Shown here: positions 1 to 14,428 of the stretch, in pieces | Numbering within the stretch: position 1 is the first letter of the stretch | Layout: the number at the start of each line of letters is the position of its first letter | NCBI GenBank assembly: GCA_964187785.1 | Contig: OZ076409.1 | Coordinates: 37,636,001 to 37,700,000, forward strand | Direction of reading: 5' to 3' | From: Amphiscolops sp. MND2022 | Taxonomy: Eukaryota | DNA: 64,000 nucleotides | Position numbers and translations under genes: made by a program | The notes under the pieces: model-generated | Seen by the model: the letters and a program-made list of their open reading frames with translations, nothing else | Told to the model about the DNA's origin: nothing | Database searches by the model: none

Positions 1-170
1 ATGTAACGACTCATTTTATTCCCAGTACCCACGTTTTCTGGTTTCTCTATTTCATTTTTCCATCCTCTCTTTCACAAATTCATTCACTTTGAAAGTTGTT
101 GAATTGATGATTTGATCGGGTTATCAATAAGAGTCTACTAAATTTTCATGGCACGCTTATGTCTGAGAGA

Positions 171-408
171 CTAGACACGGCACTGTGAAGAAGAAGACGA
201 AGAAGTACTCACGTGTGAGAAGATGAAGTTTGGGGCAGCGATCACCACACCTGAGATCCAGGCCAGGGCGAGAAGCACTCGGGTCTTGTACTTGGAGCGA
301 TGACTGAACGAGTGTGGCTTCGTCACTGCCAACATGCGGTCGTAACACATCAGAGTGATGGCCACCACACTGGCATGGTTAGTGGCCACGTCCAGGGCAT
401 TGAACAAC
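171..408 (-). CDS. Class A (rhodopsin-like) GPCR, exon encoding TM3-ICL2-TM4-ECL2 (possibly pseudogenised)
   Basis: Translation (R)LFNALDVATNHASVVAITLMCYDRMLAVTKP...VLLALAWISGVVIAAPNFIF...QC shows a DRY-like YDRM motif and the TM4 W/P. Acceptor tttttgtgttcaAG ends at 409. In-frame TAG at 171-173 after CRV. Confidence 0.85.
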
Positions 409-442
409 CTTGAACACAAAAAGGTAGTTGCAAAAGATACGT

Positions 443-729
443 ACCCAGCGTTTGACATTAAAATCCTTAGTAAGATCTTGACAACATTATGAACGACAAT
501 AGAAATCCTGCCGAGAAACTCGGGAAGATTTCTAGAAGTCACCAGGGTCCAATGGGAAAACTGAAATGAAAAACTGCCCGGAGAAAAAATCCCGAGACCT
601 TGTCAAGAAATACAGGAAAGCGGGAAAGTTGCCAAAAAATCCAAGACACCAGGAATCTCGCCAAGATTGCCAAGATAATCGGGAAATAGCCAGTATCTTG
701 CCAAGATTCTAAAATCTCGAAAGCTGGGT
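443..729. mobile_element. MITE / non-autonomous TIR element with internal CAAGA-rich micro-repeats
   Basis: Termini ACCCAGC...GCTGGGT are inverted. Interior has repeated caagat/atcttg motifs shared with other elements in the window. Confidence 0.55.
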
Positions 730-2756
730 GAATGTCTTCTAGAATGATTTGAAATCTGATCACGAGACTTCTATTAAACGATATGCAAGCATACGTTACA
801 ACCCAAGCTTCAACAATAAATAGCAATGTTAGGAAGAAACAAAAAACAAGCAATGTCAACAAGATTAGAATGTTCAATGTCATCATCTTGTTTAGGACTC
901 GAAAAGCTGAAGTGGTTTGAATAACTTAATGATTTTTGTCCAGAGCAAAAGAAACTTTTGAAGTTCAAAAAATTTCTCCCCTGTCAACATTTGAAAAACA
1001 AAAAGCGATAACTTTTGACGACATGAACGATTTTCGAGAAAAATTTTCACAGTGCAAAAAGTACTCCAAAGAGCGACCCTTTGATGTCACATGGTTTTGT
1101 AAATCACATAATGAAGTGGAAGATTCGAAGGGAGACCTCTCTTGCAATGCCTGAAACCTAATGCATAAGGTCTGTGAAATGAAGATCATCCGAAGTGACT
1201 TCTGTGGTCTCGAGAACAGAGGTGAATGTCGGCACACTTTGTTGCAAACTGCACTCTCAATGCTTTTTTTCAAAGCTCGTAAAATTTGATCGAACTTTTT
1301 GTTTTGTCAGAACAAAAGTTGAATTAGTGATGATTTTTTGTGACAAAGCAGTGACAAAAAGTATCTTCAGGAAAAATTGCAATTCAACAATCGAAGGGTT
1401 TAAAAATCTTTCGTCTGTCTTGAAGCTTAAATCAGTTTTGCAAAACTGGACAACTCATATCGAACGAAAACTCAATAAAAAAGAACTTGAAATAACTAAG
1501 TTGAGTCAAAATCCAACTAGATCCGGGATCGAATATCGAACACAAATTCGCATTGGTCCTCATGATATTTTTCCTTTTGCCTCTCAAAGCTATGAGCGCT
1601 ATACGAATGATGGTAAAAGAGATCCGCTTTCGGATGAACGTGCAATCGTTTGAAAATGCAACAACTGTGAAAAAGCGAGACTTCATGTCCACATTCAATT
1701 GACATACAAGCGCAATGATAAACGAATCGGGCACCTAAGTGATGTTAATGTTCGGAACACTCTATTTTTTAGCTCTTATCTATACCCTTTATTAGGAGGA
1801 ATACGTTTCATAAAATGATCTTTACATTTAAGCTAGCTTACAATCGTGTGAGTTTAAAAATTCTGTGACAGAAAATGTCAAAAATAATTTGTAACACCTC
1901 CGTATGTATTTATGATACCAAGATTTTGATTTCATGTACTTTAGAAACAATTACTATATTAATAACAAGGTTTCCATTCATCGTCCATTGCATTGGTGTC
2001 CACCAATTCCACTGTCAAACTTTGAGGTCTTGATTTTTACACATCCAACGTCCAAGGAAAATCGCATTTGAAATAGTTACCTTACATGTAATAAGATATA
2101 TAATGGGTATAGATTTGGAAGCATGGGATTGAAATTATCTTTTTACATGCACAATTTAGAAATCTAATTCATTATTTTTTTTGAGTGTAATTGGTCGATG
2201 ATGATGGGCTCCTTGAACAGTATCAAAAAAGTGAATAATGACTTTCTGAATAAATAGCCTGTGCTCCTAAGTCAGTCTTTGTCCCTCCTTTTGCAATTTA
2301 TAAACGAAAGCTAGTTTTGCAAACATGTCTCTTAATGGTGGCAATACTTCCAAAATTATACGATTGTAAGATAGACAAAATCCAAAAACCGTTTTCATCA
2401 TATTTCGGAAAGTTTGACAGTTTTTGAGAAATTCACAAATCATTAGGCATTCCAAACTTCATTATCAAACAGAGGTTCCATTCTCTTATCACTTTGATAT
2501 ATATCGAAGAATGAATACCAAGGTAGATATCAATTTGGTAATTGTCGCACGTGTGAGAGAAGCTTAGTTTTCCGATATATTGTTCATGTTTTTGTCGCCT
2601 CGATTTTGGGTGAAAAAGCCCAACCCTAGCAATGATCAGATTTTTTGTAGAATGAAAATTATCACTCAGAAATGTCCAGTTTCAAAATCATCTATGCGTT
2701 TTTGAGTTGGCACCAATGCTAAATACCAAAGATCCGAAGAGATATCGAAAGCCGGA

Positions 2757-3270
2757 AGACTATGCTACTGAGGTAATGAAGATAGTGAGAGTTTGGAAAT
2801 TTCCCGTACAATTATGACAGTCAACTTTGTCTATTAACGAGCTTCATCGGAGTTAATTAAGTGTTATTATACTGTTCAACAATATTTGACTTAGAAAGCA
2901 TAAGGTTGCGATATTTTTGGATGCGAAAATTTTCGTGGACGCAAGAGTTTACACTTATCAGTTCGTTTAGAAGATCAAGAACAGCAACCTCCCAACTTTA
3001 TCGTGACTGCTGATTTGTTTCTAGAAGTCCCACTTTTGAATATAATAGTAACTTTACTGTTGACAAGGTTTGTGAATAAGTGTGAAGTTACAGTCGCAGT
3101 AACTGCTTCAATGACTTCAAAAATTTTTTGAAAAAACGCAAGCCGATTTTACAGTCGGATTTTGCAAAGGCCATTCTTTGACAATTCAGTTTAGGAATTG
3201 GGAAGCAAATTGTCAACCAGGCCGTCGTAAAGCTCGGTAAGTTTTTCGTCAGCATACTTTACAGATGTAA
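2757..3270. repeat. Decayed dispersed repeat, copy 1 (probably ancient coding TE/viral relic)
   Basis: Colinear similarity to 9552-10068, including exact blocks ttgtcaaccaggccgtcg, gtcagcatacttt and tcgtggacgcaa. Confidence 0.7.
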
Positions 3271-3699
3271 CATTTTGATGCCGCGACCAGGGAAAGGCAC
3301 ATTTCGCTGGAATTGTTGAAAAATCATCCCTTTCAATTTTTTAATTAACTGCAAAACCATTGCCAGTGAGATTGAACAGACCCTAAAATGGCGACCATTA
3401 CCGAAAGATGTCTTTGATGTCTTTCTCTGAAGACTTCAAACATTCTTCATCACTCAAAACTTGAATTGATCATGATGATCGATTTGTGGAAGATTACCGT
3501 TTTATAGGAGACTTAGGATCCTGACTTTGAAAAACAACGAACAAGCTTGAGATATATCTTCGGAAACTTGTATCTTGAAGTCAGCGTAGATAGAGTTAAA
3601 TTCGAAAAAGAATTCTAGTTTGGCCTGCCTGCCCATGCTCAAAGACAGGTACCATAGTGCTCGGCTGACAGTACGAGCTGATCTCTTGAAAGAAGTCAA

Positions 3700-6600
3700 T
3701 CGAAGTACCAAACAACCACGAATTGATAGTAAAAAATGCGAGAGCCTCTAGTCTTGAATCAGTTGTACCTGCAGATCAAGAACTGAAGGAAAACTGGAAG
3801 AATTCTTGAATCAACAAAGAAAATTTTTGCAACCATATCACCAAAGTTTCTTGAACCCAGACGATGAGGAGCTTGAAGTCGATTTGTTATTGATACAGGA
3901 AGTAACAACAAGATTAAGTGTCATATGTAGTGCGTTTGCAATCCTATCTCGAAGAAACGAGCGCAGGTTTTGATGCTGGCATGTTCCATCACTCATACCA
4001 TCAATCAATCTTTTCATATCCCGAGGAAAGAGGGACCTTATCAGATGGACAATGCTAGTGCTGAAAAGCGTACAATTACTCCTGACGGACCTGATGAGTC
4101 GAGTGTTACAGTTTCACAGTCGAGTGTTACAAGACAAAAGCAAGATTTCCATGGCCTCAGCGAAGCAAAAAATGAATGAGACACTTAATAAAAGATTGAA
4201 CCAGATGAAAAAAATTGGTTCAAAAATAGGGTCCGATGTTTCAAAAATCAGCGAGCGAAGACCATTGTAGATACAGGTGGAACTGATGTATGAACAATCA
4301 CAAAAGGAAATCGAAAAGAAAACGCAAGGTGAAACTGGTAAAAATACTTATCGAAAGGGAGATGAGAGTCAAATGATTACAAGTCGAGTCAGAAATCGCT
4401 GACCAAAAAAGACTTCCAGAGCAAAAGAGCAATTGGGAAGCAGCAATTGCAATTGCAATTAAAAGAGGCTCAGCGGTCACTTCATGCTTCGTCAATTTGT
4501 CCCAGTTTGATGACCCTCGCAGCCGATGATGACAAAAACAGCCACATCAAAAGATGGTTATACCAAAGAGAAAAGAATTCTGAAAAAGTCTTCTCGCAAC
4601 TCGAAAAACCAGTATAGAAATAGAAGCTAAAAGTGGATTGATGGAACCGCCTCATAGTTTCGAAGCAATTCTTCAACACAAAAATCTAGCGCTACCAACT
4701 CAATCTCAAAGTAGACAAACGATCGAACCACTTCAAAAAAACAGGTCTTTTTTTTCAAAAACAATTTTTTCTCGAGATCAAGGTGGTGACGAACTGAAGC
4801 CTAAAAAGGAATTCATGAAACCCTCATTGTAATACGAAAATCGATTTCCTTCTTTCAAAAGTGAATGGCCTATGCAACCACCTGTGAAACTTAAGCAAAC
4901 AAGTTTATCAAAAATGAGACTATCTGATTTTCATGAAATCTACGGAGACCCATTAGAGTAGCCAGAGTCATCTAGCTTGTTTAAGCAACGATCCATAATG
5001 TACCAACTGACGACAATGCTGAAATGAGTCATTTGAAAATACTCGCTAAAAGCCAAGCAAAGTTGGCTAATGCTGGTCGCGGAGATTCGGGAGTCATGTA
5101 CATTGCTGCGTCGAATGCTTCAATTACCAAATTTGGACGTTCCTAAACAATTGTGAACGCACAGATGTAGCAAATCCATTAGAGTCTGTTCAGCAAGTCG
5201 CACGACTTGCAGCTATTATAAAAGGCGCCCAATAAATCTCTACTTGTGTGAAACAATTTCGTTCTTCTGGAGACGTGTACTTCGAGTGCGTTTTCATTTC
5301 GGCATTGAGGATATAACCCCCAGAAATGAAACCAAATTGTTTCGCCTTGAGAACAACAAAAGATTTTACAAGCCTGACTTATGTAAGTTTGTTGTACTTT
5401 ACATAAATAGCTCCGTGAAGTTGCTGTTCGCGACGAGATGACAGCACAGTTCCTGTCAACTTTAGAGAAAAAGGCTCAACTCAAACGGATAAGGTGAAAA
5501 TTCCAACTTTTGCCGCAAATGGTAAAAAGAAAACATCATATGCTTCTAATGAACAATGTTCCTTGAACGATGGCGGCCGTAAATTTTGGATGTGCGCAAA
5601 ACTCATATTGCAAAGCCTTAGTGAGTGCTATGAAACGTTGAAGAAATCGAAACTATGTTTTTGTTGTATGAATTTTCATATGATAAACGACTGTGGAACG
5701 TTGTGTTGAAACCATAACCCTGTGTGACTCTTGGTCGACTGTGTCGTTTGTTGAACAAAATTTTGTCGACCTTTTGAAGTTGAAAAGTAGTGCGTCGGTG
5801 ATATCGATTGCCGGAAATTATCTGCTATCTGACATTGAAACTGAAAGGGTCACAGCTAGAATTGGTGTGAGTTAAACAGATCTTGTGGAGGAGGAACTGA
5901 CACTCGGCAGTCACCCAAAAGTGTTTCTCGGTGAAAAAAATTACGACTCCACAAGAATGAAAGGAAATATACATACTTCAACTAGTTTTCGGCCATCAAA
6001 TTCTCAATGGCCGATGTTTAAGTCAGTCTTGGTCAAAACGCCTATCATCTCACGTCCTCTTGAAAACAGATCAAGTGAAAAAAACTCTTGGCAGTTAAAA
6101 CAGCTTTGGGATGGACTGCGGTGTTTTACCTAAAAATGACACCAACCATAAGACAGTCTGGACTTTTATAAGACAGTGAAGTTGCACTTTTATGAGCTGA
6201 CGACAACCCACTCTGCCGAACCATTTCTTTTCTGCTTACCAACACTTCCTTTCAGGGAAAAAAAGATTGGGTACCGATCATAAATCAAAAATGACTACAA
6301 ACCTCCCATTGAAAATTTTCTGGAAAGTCCTATTATTCGGAAACTGGAACAAGAAGAAGTTGACAAAACAGAGAACGACGAGCAATTCAAATACCAAATC
6401 GTCCTGTCTCTGAATGACAAATTTCTCAGCGGCCCTGACTTATTACGCAACTTTGAAAATATTTTCAGGTTTAACGAATATCAAATACCAATAACCACGG
6501 ACATTGAGTCCATGGTTTTGCAAATAGCAGTACCAAAAGAAGATTGCAAAGTGCAACGTTTTCCCTGCAGAGATAAAAGTGTTACTACCACTTGGTGGAA

Positions 6601-9260
6601 ACGTTCAACCGTAGTGGTTTCTCTTGAATAAAAAACGAGCACGCAGTTCACAAAACATTCTACAAATAGTCCTCTAGAAGCTTTTTCGAAAGCAAATGTA
6701 TTCACGCCTAACGCTGAAACATCTCCCATTTTAGATTTGGAGTGGATTATCGATAGAGGTTTTCTGCAAGTATGTCGACGACGTAACAACGAATGTGCTC
6801 AAGATAATACCCATTGAGTAGTGCTGTCCTTTTCATCCTCAGCCTTTGAACCGATGGGATTTTTTACACCTTTCTTTATGCGTATTACACCTTTATGCAT
6901 ATAAAAAAGTTTTTGATTTCGCTCTGGTTTATCCTGGGTTGAAAAAATCACCGATGTTGATAAACAAATGTTGGATTGGGTTGAAGAAAAGCAAACAATC
7001 AAACGAATTTCACTTCCCAGAAACAATTTTTCAGCAAAGCCTAAAAATCTTCAGCTGCACTTCTTCAGTGATGCTTCCTGAGAAGTGTTGCTTACTTTTG
7101 AGCTGAAGCCAACGACGGGGTGGAGGTCTGATTTTTTTGCGCAAATGCAGGTAAGCTCCCATCCATCAAGCATTTGTCTTTTCCTCGTCTAGAGCTTCAA
7201 GCTGCTTTAAATTATACAAGGGTGCGGACATTGTTCGTTCGAGAACTCAACATCCAGATTGACAGTGTAACTTCCACTATTGACAAATGGAAACACAAAA
7301 AAGGTTCTCTGAATCCATCATGTCCCAAGTACATTGGAACAACTTTATAGAAGTTATCAGAGAGTAAATAAATGTGTCGTCCAATTTGATACTAAGACCA
7401 TCTTGATGATTGGCTTGTATCTTTACAGCAAATTGACCATGTCCCTGACAATTGAACTGAAGTTAAAGTAATTGCGACCAAAAGTGTGACGCAGAATCTG
7501 CCCGTTGATGGAAGCAGTTTCAGTGAAGCTTGGAAATGCGCATGTGTTGTCGCATATTGTTTACGATGGAGGTACGAAAAAGATTCGATTGTTTTGCCTT
7601 ACAGAAGAAATGCAAAGGATAAAAGAGAAGAAAGGAACGTAACGTTGCCTCAAAGAAAGCAATTCCAGAAATGTTTATCGGAAGCGGGAATTTTGGCAAA
7701 ACGAGCAAAGGTGGAGACCTAGCTATGTTTTCTCCATTTCTCGATGAACAAGTAAGAATTCGAAACAGAGGTCGCATTGAACATGCAAACCTAAGTTTCG
7801 AACAACGTCATATCTGGTATTAGCAAAGCACACGATAATGAGTGTTGCAAGATTTCCTTCGTGAACACAAACCATGAAGGGGTAGAGTTTGTCAGAAGTA
7901 TTTTACTACAAAAGTTTGGATGTTCGGTTTAGAGAATGCCTTGAGCGTTATCAATAACAATTGAGTCCTTGCTTGAGTACAAGCTCTATTTAGGGTTGAT
8001 TTACCTGCAGAACGTTTAGACTTGATGTCTTTTTACATAAGTGGGAGTAGAATATTTTGGTCCGTTTGATGAGAAGTTGTTACCAAGAACAAAGAAGCAG
8101 TGCTGTTGCCTATTAACTTGTTGAGCTACTCGATCAGTTCTCATCGAGGTTATTGGAAGCCTTGAAACAGATTCTTGTTTAACAGCTAATAATGGGTTCA
8201 ATTCACGACGTGGCATGCCAGCATTTGTTGAGAGAATTGATAGAATATATTAAATCGTTGAGAGAATTGATAGAATACATTAAATCTTGGAGTAAAGACC
8301 TAACTATTTCAGAGCTAGCCCAGAAAGAAGTCGTGTCTAAACTTAACCCACCAGGGGTGCCTCAGTTGAAGGTGTTTGGGAACAATTAGTTAGGAAATGC
8401 GAGAAGGCAATGATTGCCTTTCGCGATAATTGAGCACTAACTGAAGAATCATTGACTTTGACTGTTTTGTTGAACAAACTTTGGTTGCCCAACAACTTAC
8501 GCCAGAAAACGATGATATGATCCTATTGATTTAGAAGTACTTACCTCCAACCATTTTATCCCGGCTCGAAGAAACAATTGTAAACCCTTTATCCCGGATG
8601 CGGAGGTATATACGAACTATCGAAAGATGTTTCGATATAGTCAACGTTATACGGACATGCCTTGGAAAAGATGGGTTCAACAATAGATACCGCAGCACCG
8701 CATGGGAAGGGGTCTCAATGGAACAAGTCAAACGCTAACGTTTAGTCAGGCGACTTGGTATGATTAGTAGAAGACAATGTGAAACGATCCCATTACAAAA
8801 TGACAATAGTTTTCAGACTTATCCTGAAAATGATGGCGTTGTGAGTTGAGTTCTCATCAAAACTCATTAGGGTACACTGAAACGTAAGGTGAAAAAGTCG
8901 ACGTAAGGTGATAAAATCGGCGCCAATTTTCAAAGAGCGTTTTTAATCTGAAAACAGGGCCGACGTTGTTGGCGCCTCAAAATAAACTTAGAAAGTGTAA
9001 TCGAAAAAGTGTCAAAAATTTTTTTACTGTCGTGACTCGTGAAATTTCAGATTTTGGAGAAAAAATAGCGGAGCAGGTGCTTGCTTTTTTATGACATTTT
9101 AAAGATTAGGGCCAAAAAATGGAAAATCGTAAACAAAAGTTTCAAAAACCGCTTTTCTGTGTTGAAATTTGATCTCTTCCAATTTATCGTCTTTTTTGTA
9201 AACAAAAGTTGTTTCAGAGTTAATATTTTTCGACATTATTGTTCTTCCTCAGCTACTACA
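3700..9260 (+). mobile_element. Heavily decayed BEL/Pao LTR retrotransposon (5' boundary approximate)
   Basis: Broken motifs in BEL order: GDPLE gag (~4945); Cys/His knuckles KLCFCCMNFHMINDC (~5650); RT LNDKFLSGPDLL (~6410); RNase H LQLHFFSDAS (~7050) and PRLELQAA (~7185); integrase GVEYFGPF (~8045); C-terminal TYPENDGVV / GTLKR (~8820-8885). Many stops and frameshifts. Confidence 0.85.
8967..9260 (+). repeat. Probable 3' LTR of the BEL/Pao relic
   Basis: TGTTGG start directly after purine-rich aaaacagggccgacg downstream of the integrase end; ends ...CTACTACA. No matching 5' LTR seen. Confidence 0.5.
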
Positions 9261-9551
9261 TCGGTTTAAGGACTGGTATTTACCCTTTTGAGTCAGACCG
9301 ACGTATTTAGAGTAAAGAGCCAATATATGTTCAATCACATCCCTTGTAATGTATACAACTATTCAAGTATTTTTGTGTACTTATCCTCAAAATATTGTAA
9401 TTTAACAATTCACATCACATTTCGTAGTGCCTTTAGGAGGCATGCATGATTGAGTTTAAATGTTACAGATATTGTTTTTTCTTGTATCGTTGAATATCCC
9501 GAGTTAACTCGGGAAAAATTCCATAGAACCAAGCAGATATTCTAAATCAGT

Positions 9552-10068
9552 CGACTTTGCTACTCAATTATTAAAGATAATGAGAGTTTGGATACTTTCC
9601 TACGATTAATACAATCAACTTTGACAATCAAATACCTTATTTGTAATTTAATAAGTTTTGTTGTATTATTTCGAAACCACATTCTTAATTTACTCATTTT
9701 GCATATGGTCGCGATATTTTTGTTTGAGAAAGTTATCGTGGACGCAAAAATTTGGACTTTCAGAAATGATTAGGTGATCAACAGCAGCTCCCAACTTCTG
9801 CTAAGTTGACTCGAAAAGTCCTAATTTTGAAATTGATGATAACTTCACATTTGGCAAAGTTTGTGAAACACAATATGTGCCAATTCACAGATACACTAAT
9901 TGCCTCATCGATTTTGTAAACTTGGTCAAAGTAACGCAAGCCATTTTTACAATTGGATTTTGCAAGTGCATTTCTTGGACAAACCATTTTAAAAAGGGTC
10001 TGCAAGTTGTCAACCAGGCCGTCGCAAAGATCGGTAAATTTTTTGTCAGCATACTTTGCAGACGTAAA
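9552..10068. repeat. Decayed dispersed repeat, copy 2
   Basis: Colinear with 2757-3270 (shared blocks listed for copy 1). Confidence 0.7.
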
Positions 10069-13000
10069 AGTGAGATGTTTTTAAAGCCTTCTACAAAAAC
10101 ACTTTTAGCGAGTTTGAAAAATTTTTCGAGCCCCAAACGACTTGAGGCGTTCTCATTTTGTTATTGAAATTGATTGATATTTATAAACTTGTTTATGACC
10201 TTTTTATACGCTTCACTATGAGTCCACCTTATCGCATTCACTGTTTCCCGGTGTGTTTGGCCAGGTAAATTAATGGCTCGATTTCGGTAAAAGAATTCAA
10301 TATTGTATCAACTCTGCAGAGACGTCGGTAACTTTTAAATTAAATAATACCGCGCCAGAGGTTTTCCTCTATTTCGGAGAGAAATGAGTATTTAATTTTC
10401 TTCAAACCAGAAGACATGTTTTTGGTGGAAAAAAGCATATTATGGTCTTAGATTCTCTGAAACATTTGACGCGAAATAAAAATTTATCAAAATTTCATGA
10501 GAGCTAACGGAGAAAACGTTCAAGACCTTTATGGGCTTATTGATGAAAAACCGAATGGAATATCGTCACGAACTACGCTGAAAAACCATCCATAAACTTG
10601 AAGTTCTAAAAAAGGAGAAACAATGTCTAATTAGTAGCGATGTCTAATTTCTAGAGAAAAAATGCTGCGAAAATACTACAAAGCATCTAACGAGTAAAAG
10701 TATTTCCTCAAAGGGTATACTTTTTAAAATCTTCTTTTTAAACTGACGTTATGATAAAACGACCCGCCAAGTTTTTGATATCAAATATGCATTCAGGTTT
10801 GCGGTTCTTTGAATTCAATTCAAAATTCGAAACGTTTTGAGCTAAACTTAGAGGTTCTGTTTGAAGAAAAATGTTCTCATCTTTTGTCTGATTAGAGGAA
10901 TTTCTGCAATTCTATAGCTATGAAATTAATGAGTTTCATGAACTGTTTGAAGTTTGAGCTTCTCCCAATCTCTGGAAAATTTTTTCTTTGTTTGTTTTTT
11001 CTTTTTTTTTGTTTAGACTACCACGCCAGGACAAGAGCAGCACAAAATATGCATAGAAAAATAAATAAATAATAGGAATCTTGTAACAAGATGTATTGAA
11101 AATTTAAAACATTTGTTATTTAGGTATGCATAGAATAATGAATAAACAACAGGGATCTTTTTTACAACGTTTTCTAAACTAAAAATATTTGCAATTACTC
11201 AAGTTAAAAGTAGCCTGGATCTTAAGTTCGTAAGATTCTTGCTAGGAAATTGCGAAACTCTGTTTGCACCAAGTCAATAATTTAAGAAGAAATTTTTGAA
11301 GACTCAAAAAAATAAGAAGTTGACCTATCATGACAGAGTTGTGAATATTTGATAGTGCTCTAAAAATTGTAGAACAAATGTCAATAAAACAGCAAATTGG
11401 CTCCAAATTTTCCTCAAAAACTTTGTCAGCGCTGAGAAGAAGAACCTGTTAAAATAAGTAAAAGAATAATTTTCAATGTCATCTCAACCAGAGGGTCCAA
11501 TGTGGCGTTAGTTACTTGGGTAGTTTCTTACACATATGAACCTGATCTCGCAAGATTCTCAAGACTTCTGCTGAAACTAACAGGAATGATCGTTTTCAGA
11601 TTAGCATTTTCAATGCCAGGGCATGTAGGTTACGCAAAAGGTTTTTCTAGAAATCTTTTTTAAAGCATCAAATAAATGATAACAAACAATATAATCCATA
11701 AAAGCAGGCCGTCAACCATCTTTTTTCGTACAAAATTTGGGGCGAAATCGTCACAAAAATGTCAAAATTTTCAAAAATTATTGCCAGTGTTTGTAGGTCA
11801 CTATACCAAGAAGTTTCATAGTCTTTCTGAATTGACCACCAACGGAACACGCATGGTGTTAGGCCGAATTAGTCTTATTTGATCATTCTAATTCAAGTCA
11901 GCATTGTTGTAGTTTTTAATTAACATTCAAGCCGGCGTCCCGCTTAAAGCTCAAAACGAATTCGTAACTTAAGTCTTAAATTTGCTTGATTTAAAAAATT
12001 AGCAAAACTCGCGATACAATACCATTTTCGCCAACTGAAAACACAAAGTGCTAAATGCCGACAAACTCAAGCGGGACCATTTCGGGTCGCCATGCAATTT
12101 TTTTGAACTAAAAACATGTAAAAACTCAAAAAATAACATTTTGGTGAATTTTAAGGAATGAATTTTTGAAGGCAAGCCGAAAAAGCTCATAAACCCGTTG
12201 ACTTAGTCTAGCTAGGCAAACATGTAAAAACAACCTGCACGTGATTCAAATCCTCGAACTGAAGTCTAGTATTCCGTGGCACTAGTCCGTTGAACCAAAA
12301 TGTCGAATTTCACTGTTTTTAATAATGAAGTGCTATAATCTTTTAGTTGGCGCGTGTCTCTAAAAATAATAACCGTATTTGGGTCTTTCTTGCAGAGAAC
12401 GCCGAGTAAAAAGCAAATGGAAGTCACATCTCGATACTGACCAACTTAAACCTTTCAATCAAAAAAGATGGAAAGAGCCACGGGTTTTGTCACAAATGCT
12501 GTCATAGTATTCCTTGGGACTGTTGAAGTGTTGAAGGCGGTGCGCTGAATTAATCAACTGGAGACATTTTGAGAAATCATTAGAAGACTTTTGGACGCTT
12601 TTTACTAAACAAGAACGGAATTAGTTATAAAACCTCAGTTTTAAAATATTAAAACTACGTGTATTCTATGGCCAAGACAATTGTGTGCCTGTCAGTCACA
12701 ATTTTAAGCTTGAAACAATTACAACAATCATCTAAAACATTAACATACTTCTTTAGCAGACTCTATTCACTTTGAGAACAAAACTGTAAATGTTGAGTGA
12801 AATGTGCTAGGAAAAGTACTGTCTGCAGGATTCCCCTTTCGGAACAGTAAAAAATCTTTTGACGCCGCAATAAATTTTGAACACTTCTGCGTTTCTACGG
12901 TCACGCGCAAGACGTGACACCGCTTCTTTTTTTTACATGAAACGTCCAATATTGCACAGCTAAAGTTTAGCATTCAGCATTATTAAAAGCTACTTCATGG

Positions 13001-13425
13001 AGTAATTGCTGATGAGCAAAACAGGAAAAATATTAGTATTTTCATTTTGCTGAGCTAATTGTCGAAGGAATAGTACTAACTTTTATTGCTGCTGTCCAAT
13101 GCCCATCTCTACAACAGGCTGTTAGAAGGAGTCGCTTCTAGAACTTTTCGAGTGACAGCTCGGTTCAGACTGACTTTTTGTATCAAGGCGGGGGAACGTC
13201 ATACAGACATAATGTAATGCACATCTAACTTTCAAACAGCAGAATTCACTAAACTGAAAACACGTGTCTGATTTCGTCGGAATTATTATTATATCGTAGT
13301 CAGCTATGTTCACATACCCCAAGTGCCCTAAATGGAGGAGCGAAGCGAAGCGACGTGCCATATGGCCATGCCTCAATGCTGCTACTTGGCGAAGGGAGCG
13401 AAGCGACCGAGCCATACAACAAATA

Positions 13426-14428
13426 CGCCCTAAGTTACAAGAATTTTTGTAAGATCTTGTAAGAAAATGCATTTTTAGAATCTAACTCTTGCAAAATCTT
13501 GCAAGCTTTGCATTTTTCTGCCCAGAATGCTACAAAAAATGAATAAATCTGACAAATTTTTGCATTTCTTGACTCAAAAAATTGAAATGTGGCAAAAAAA
13601 CGAACTGTACGCGAAAACTGATACAATTGCCCATTTAAGAGCATCCAGATCCTAAATTATTGAAATGCCTTCTTTACATGGTGAGCATTGATTGATGTTA
13701 TTGTTGTAAAGCTTTCGCTTACAACGTTACAGCCCTGCGTGGTGTCATTGCCTTTAAGAGAGCAATATCATTCATTCTCACCAGTCTCCTGACTAGTTGA
13801 AATGGGCTGGGGAAGAAATGAAACCAATGGTTGAATTTTGCTAGAATTTTCAGGGTTTTAATAGTTTTCAATATGACATTGCACAGGTGATTTTGTAGTA
13901 TTGTTATTGATTTTCTCCATCACATCAGCTGTAGGTTTGTGTTAGAACCGGTAGAAAGCCCTTGAAATGTGTTTTCAATTGGTACCATATGCAAATTGCT
14001 GACACCATTAGCTGAAGAGTTCTCGGAATTTCTGTCGGGAGGTTCATAGCTGGAAGACGTTATTTTTGGGGTAAAGTTGCATGTAGTTTCTTCTTGCTCA
14101 AAATTAACAATTTGGACCCTTTTGCTGGGATCCTATGACAGTTTGTGCATTGTAAACGGCAACTGTGGTTGTTGTTACTGGTAGTTTGATGATTTTTGAA
14201 ATTTTGGTCGAAATAACACATCACACTTTTCGTAAGAATTTCTTTCGAAAAAAAAATGTATTTTTTACAAAAATGTTATTAGAATCTTGTAAGAAATAGT
14301 CGACATTGTAACAAATTTGCAAAATTTGCGATTCTTGTAAAAACTTGTGAGATTCTTGTAAGAATTGCAAAGTTGACAAGTATTTCGGAAGATTTTTGCA
14401 GAATTTACGATTCTTCTAACCTAGGGCG
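13426..14428. mobile_element. Non-autonomous TIR DNA transposon (~1 kb)
   Basis: Imperfect TIRs CGCCCTAAGTTACAAGAAT / ATTCTTCTAACCTAGGGCG; subterminal arrays of tcttgtaaga/tcttgcaa on both arms. Confidence 0.7.

Noticed and set aside
8228..8287. 30-bp tandem duplication (LRELIEYIKS x2)
   Set aside because: Simple slippage in the dead BEL/Pao integrase.
12233..12298. tRNA gene or tRNA-derived SINE head on the minus strand
   Set aside because: A/B-box-like words are degenerate and no cloverleaf can be drawn.
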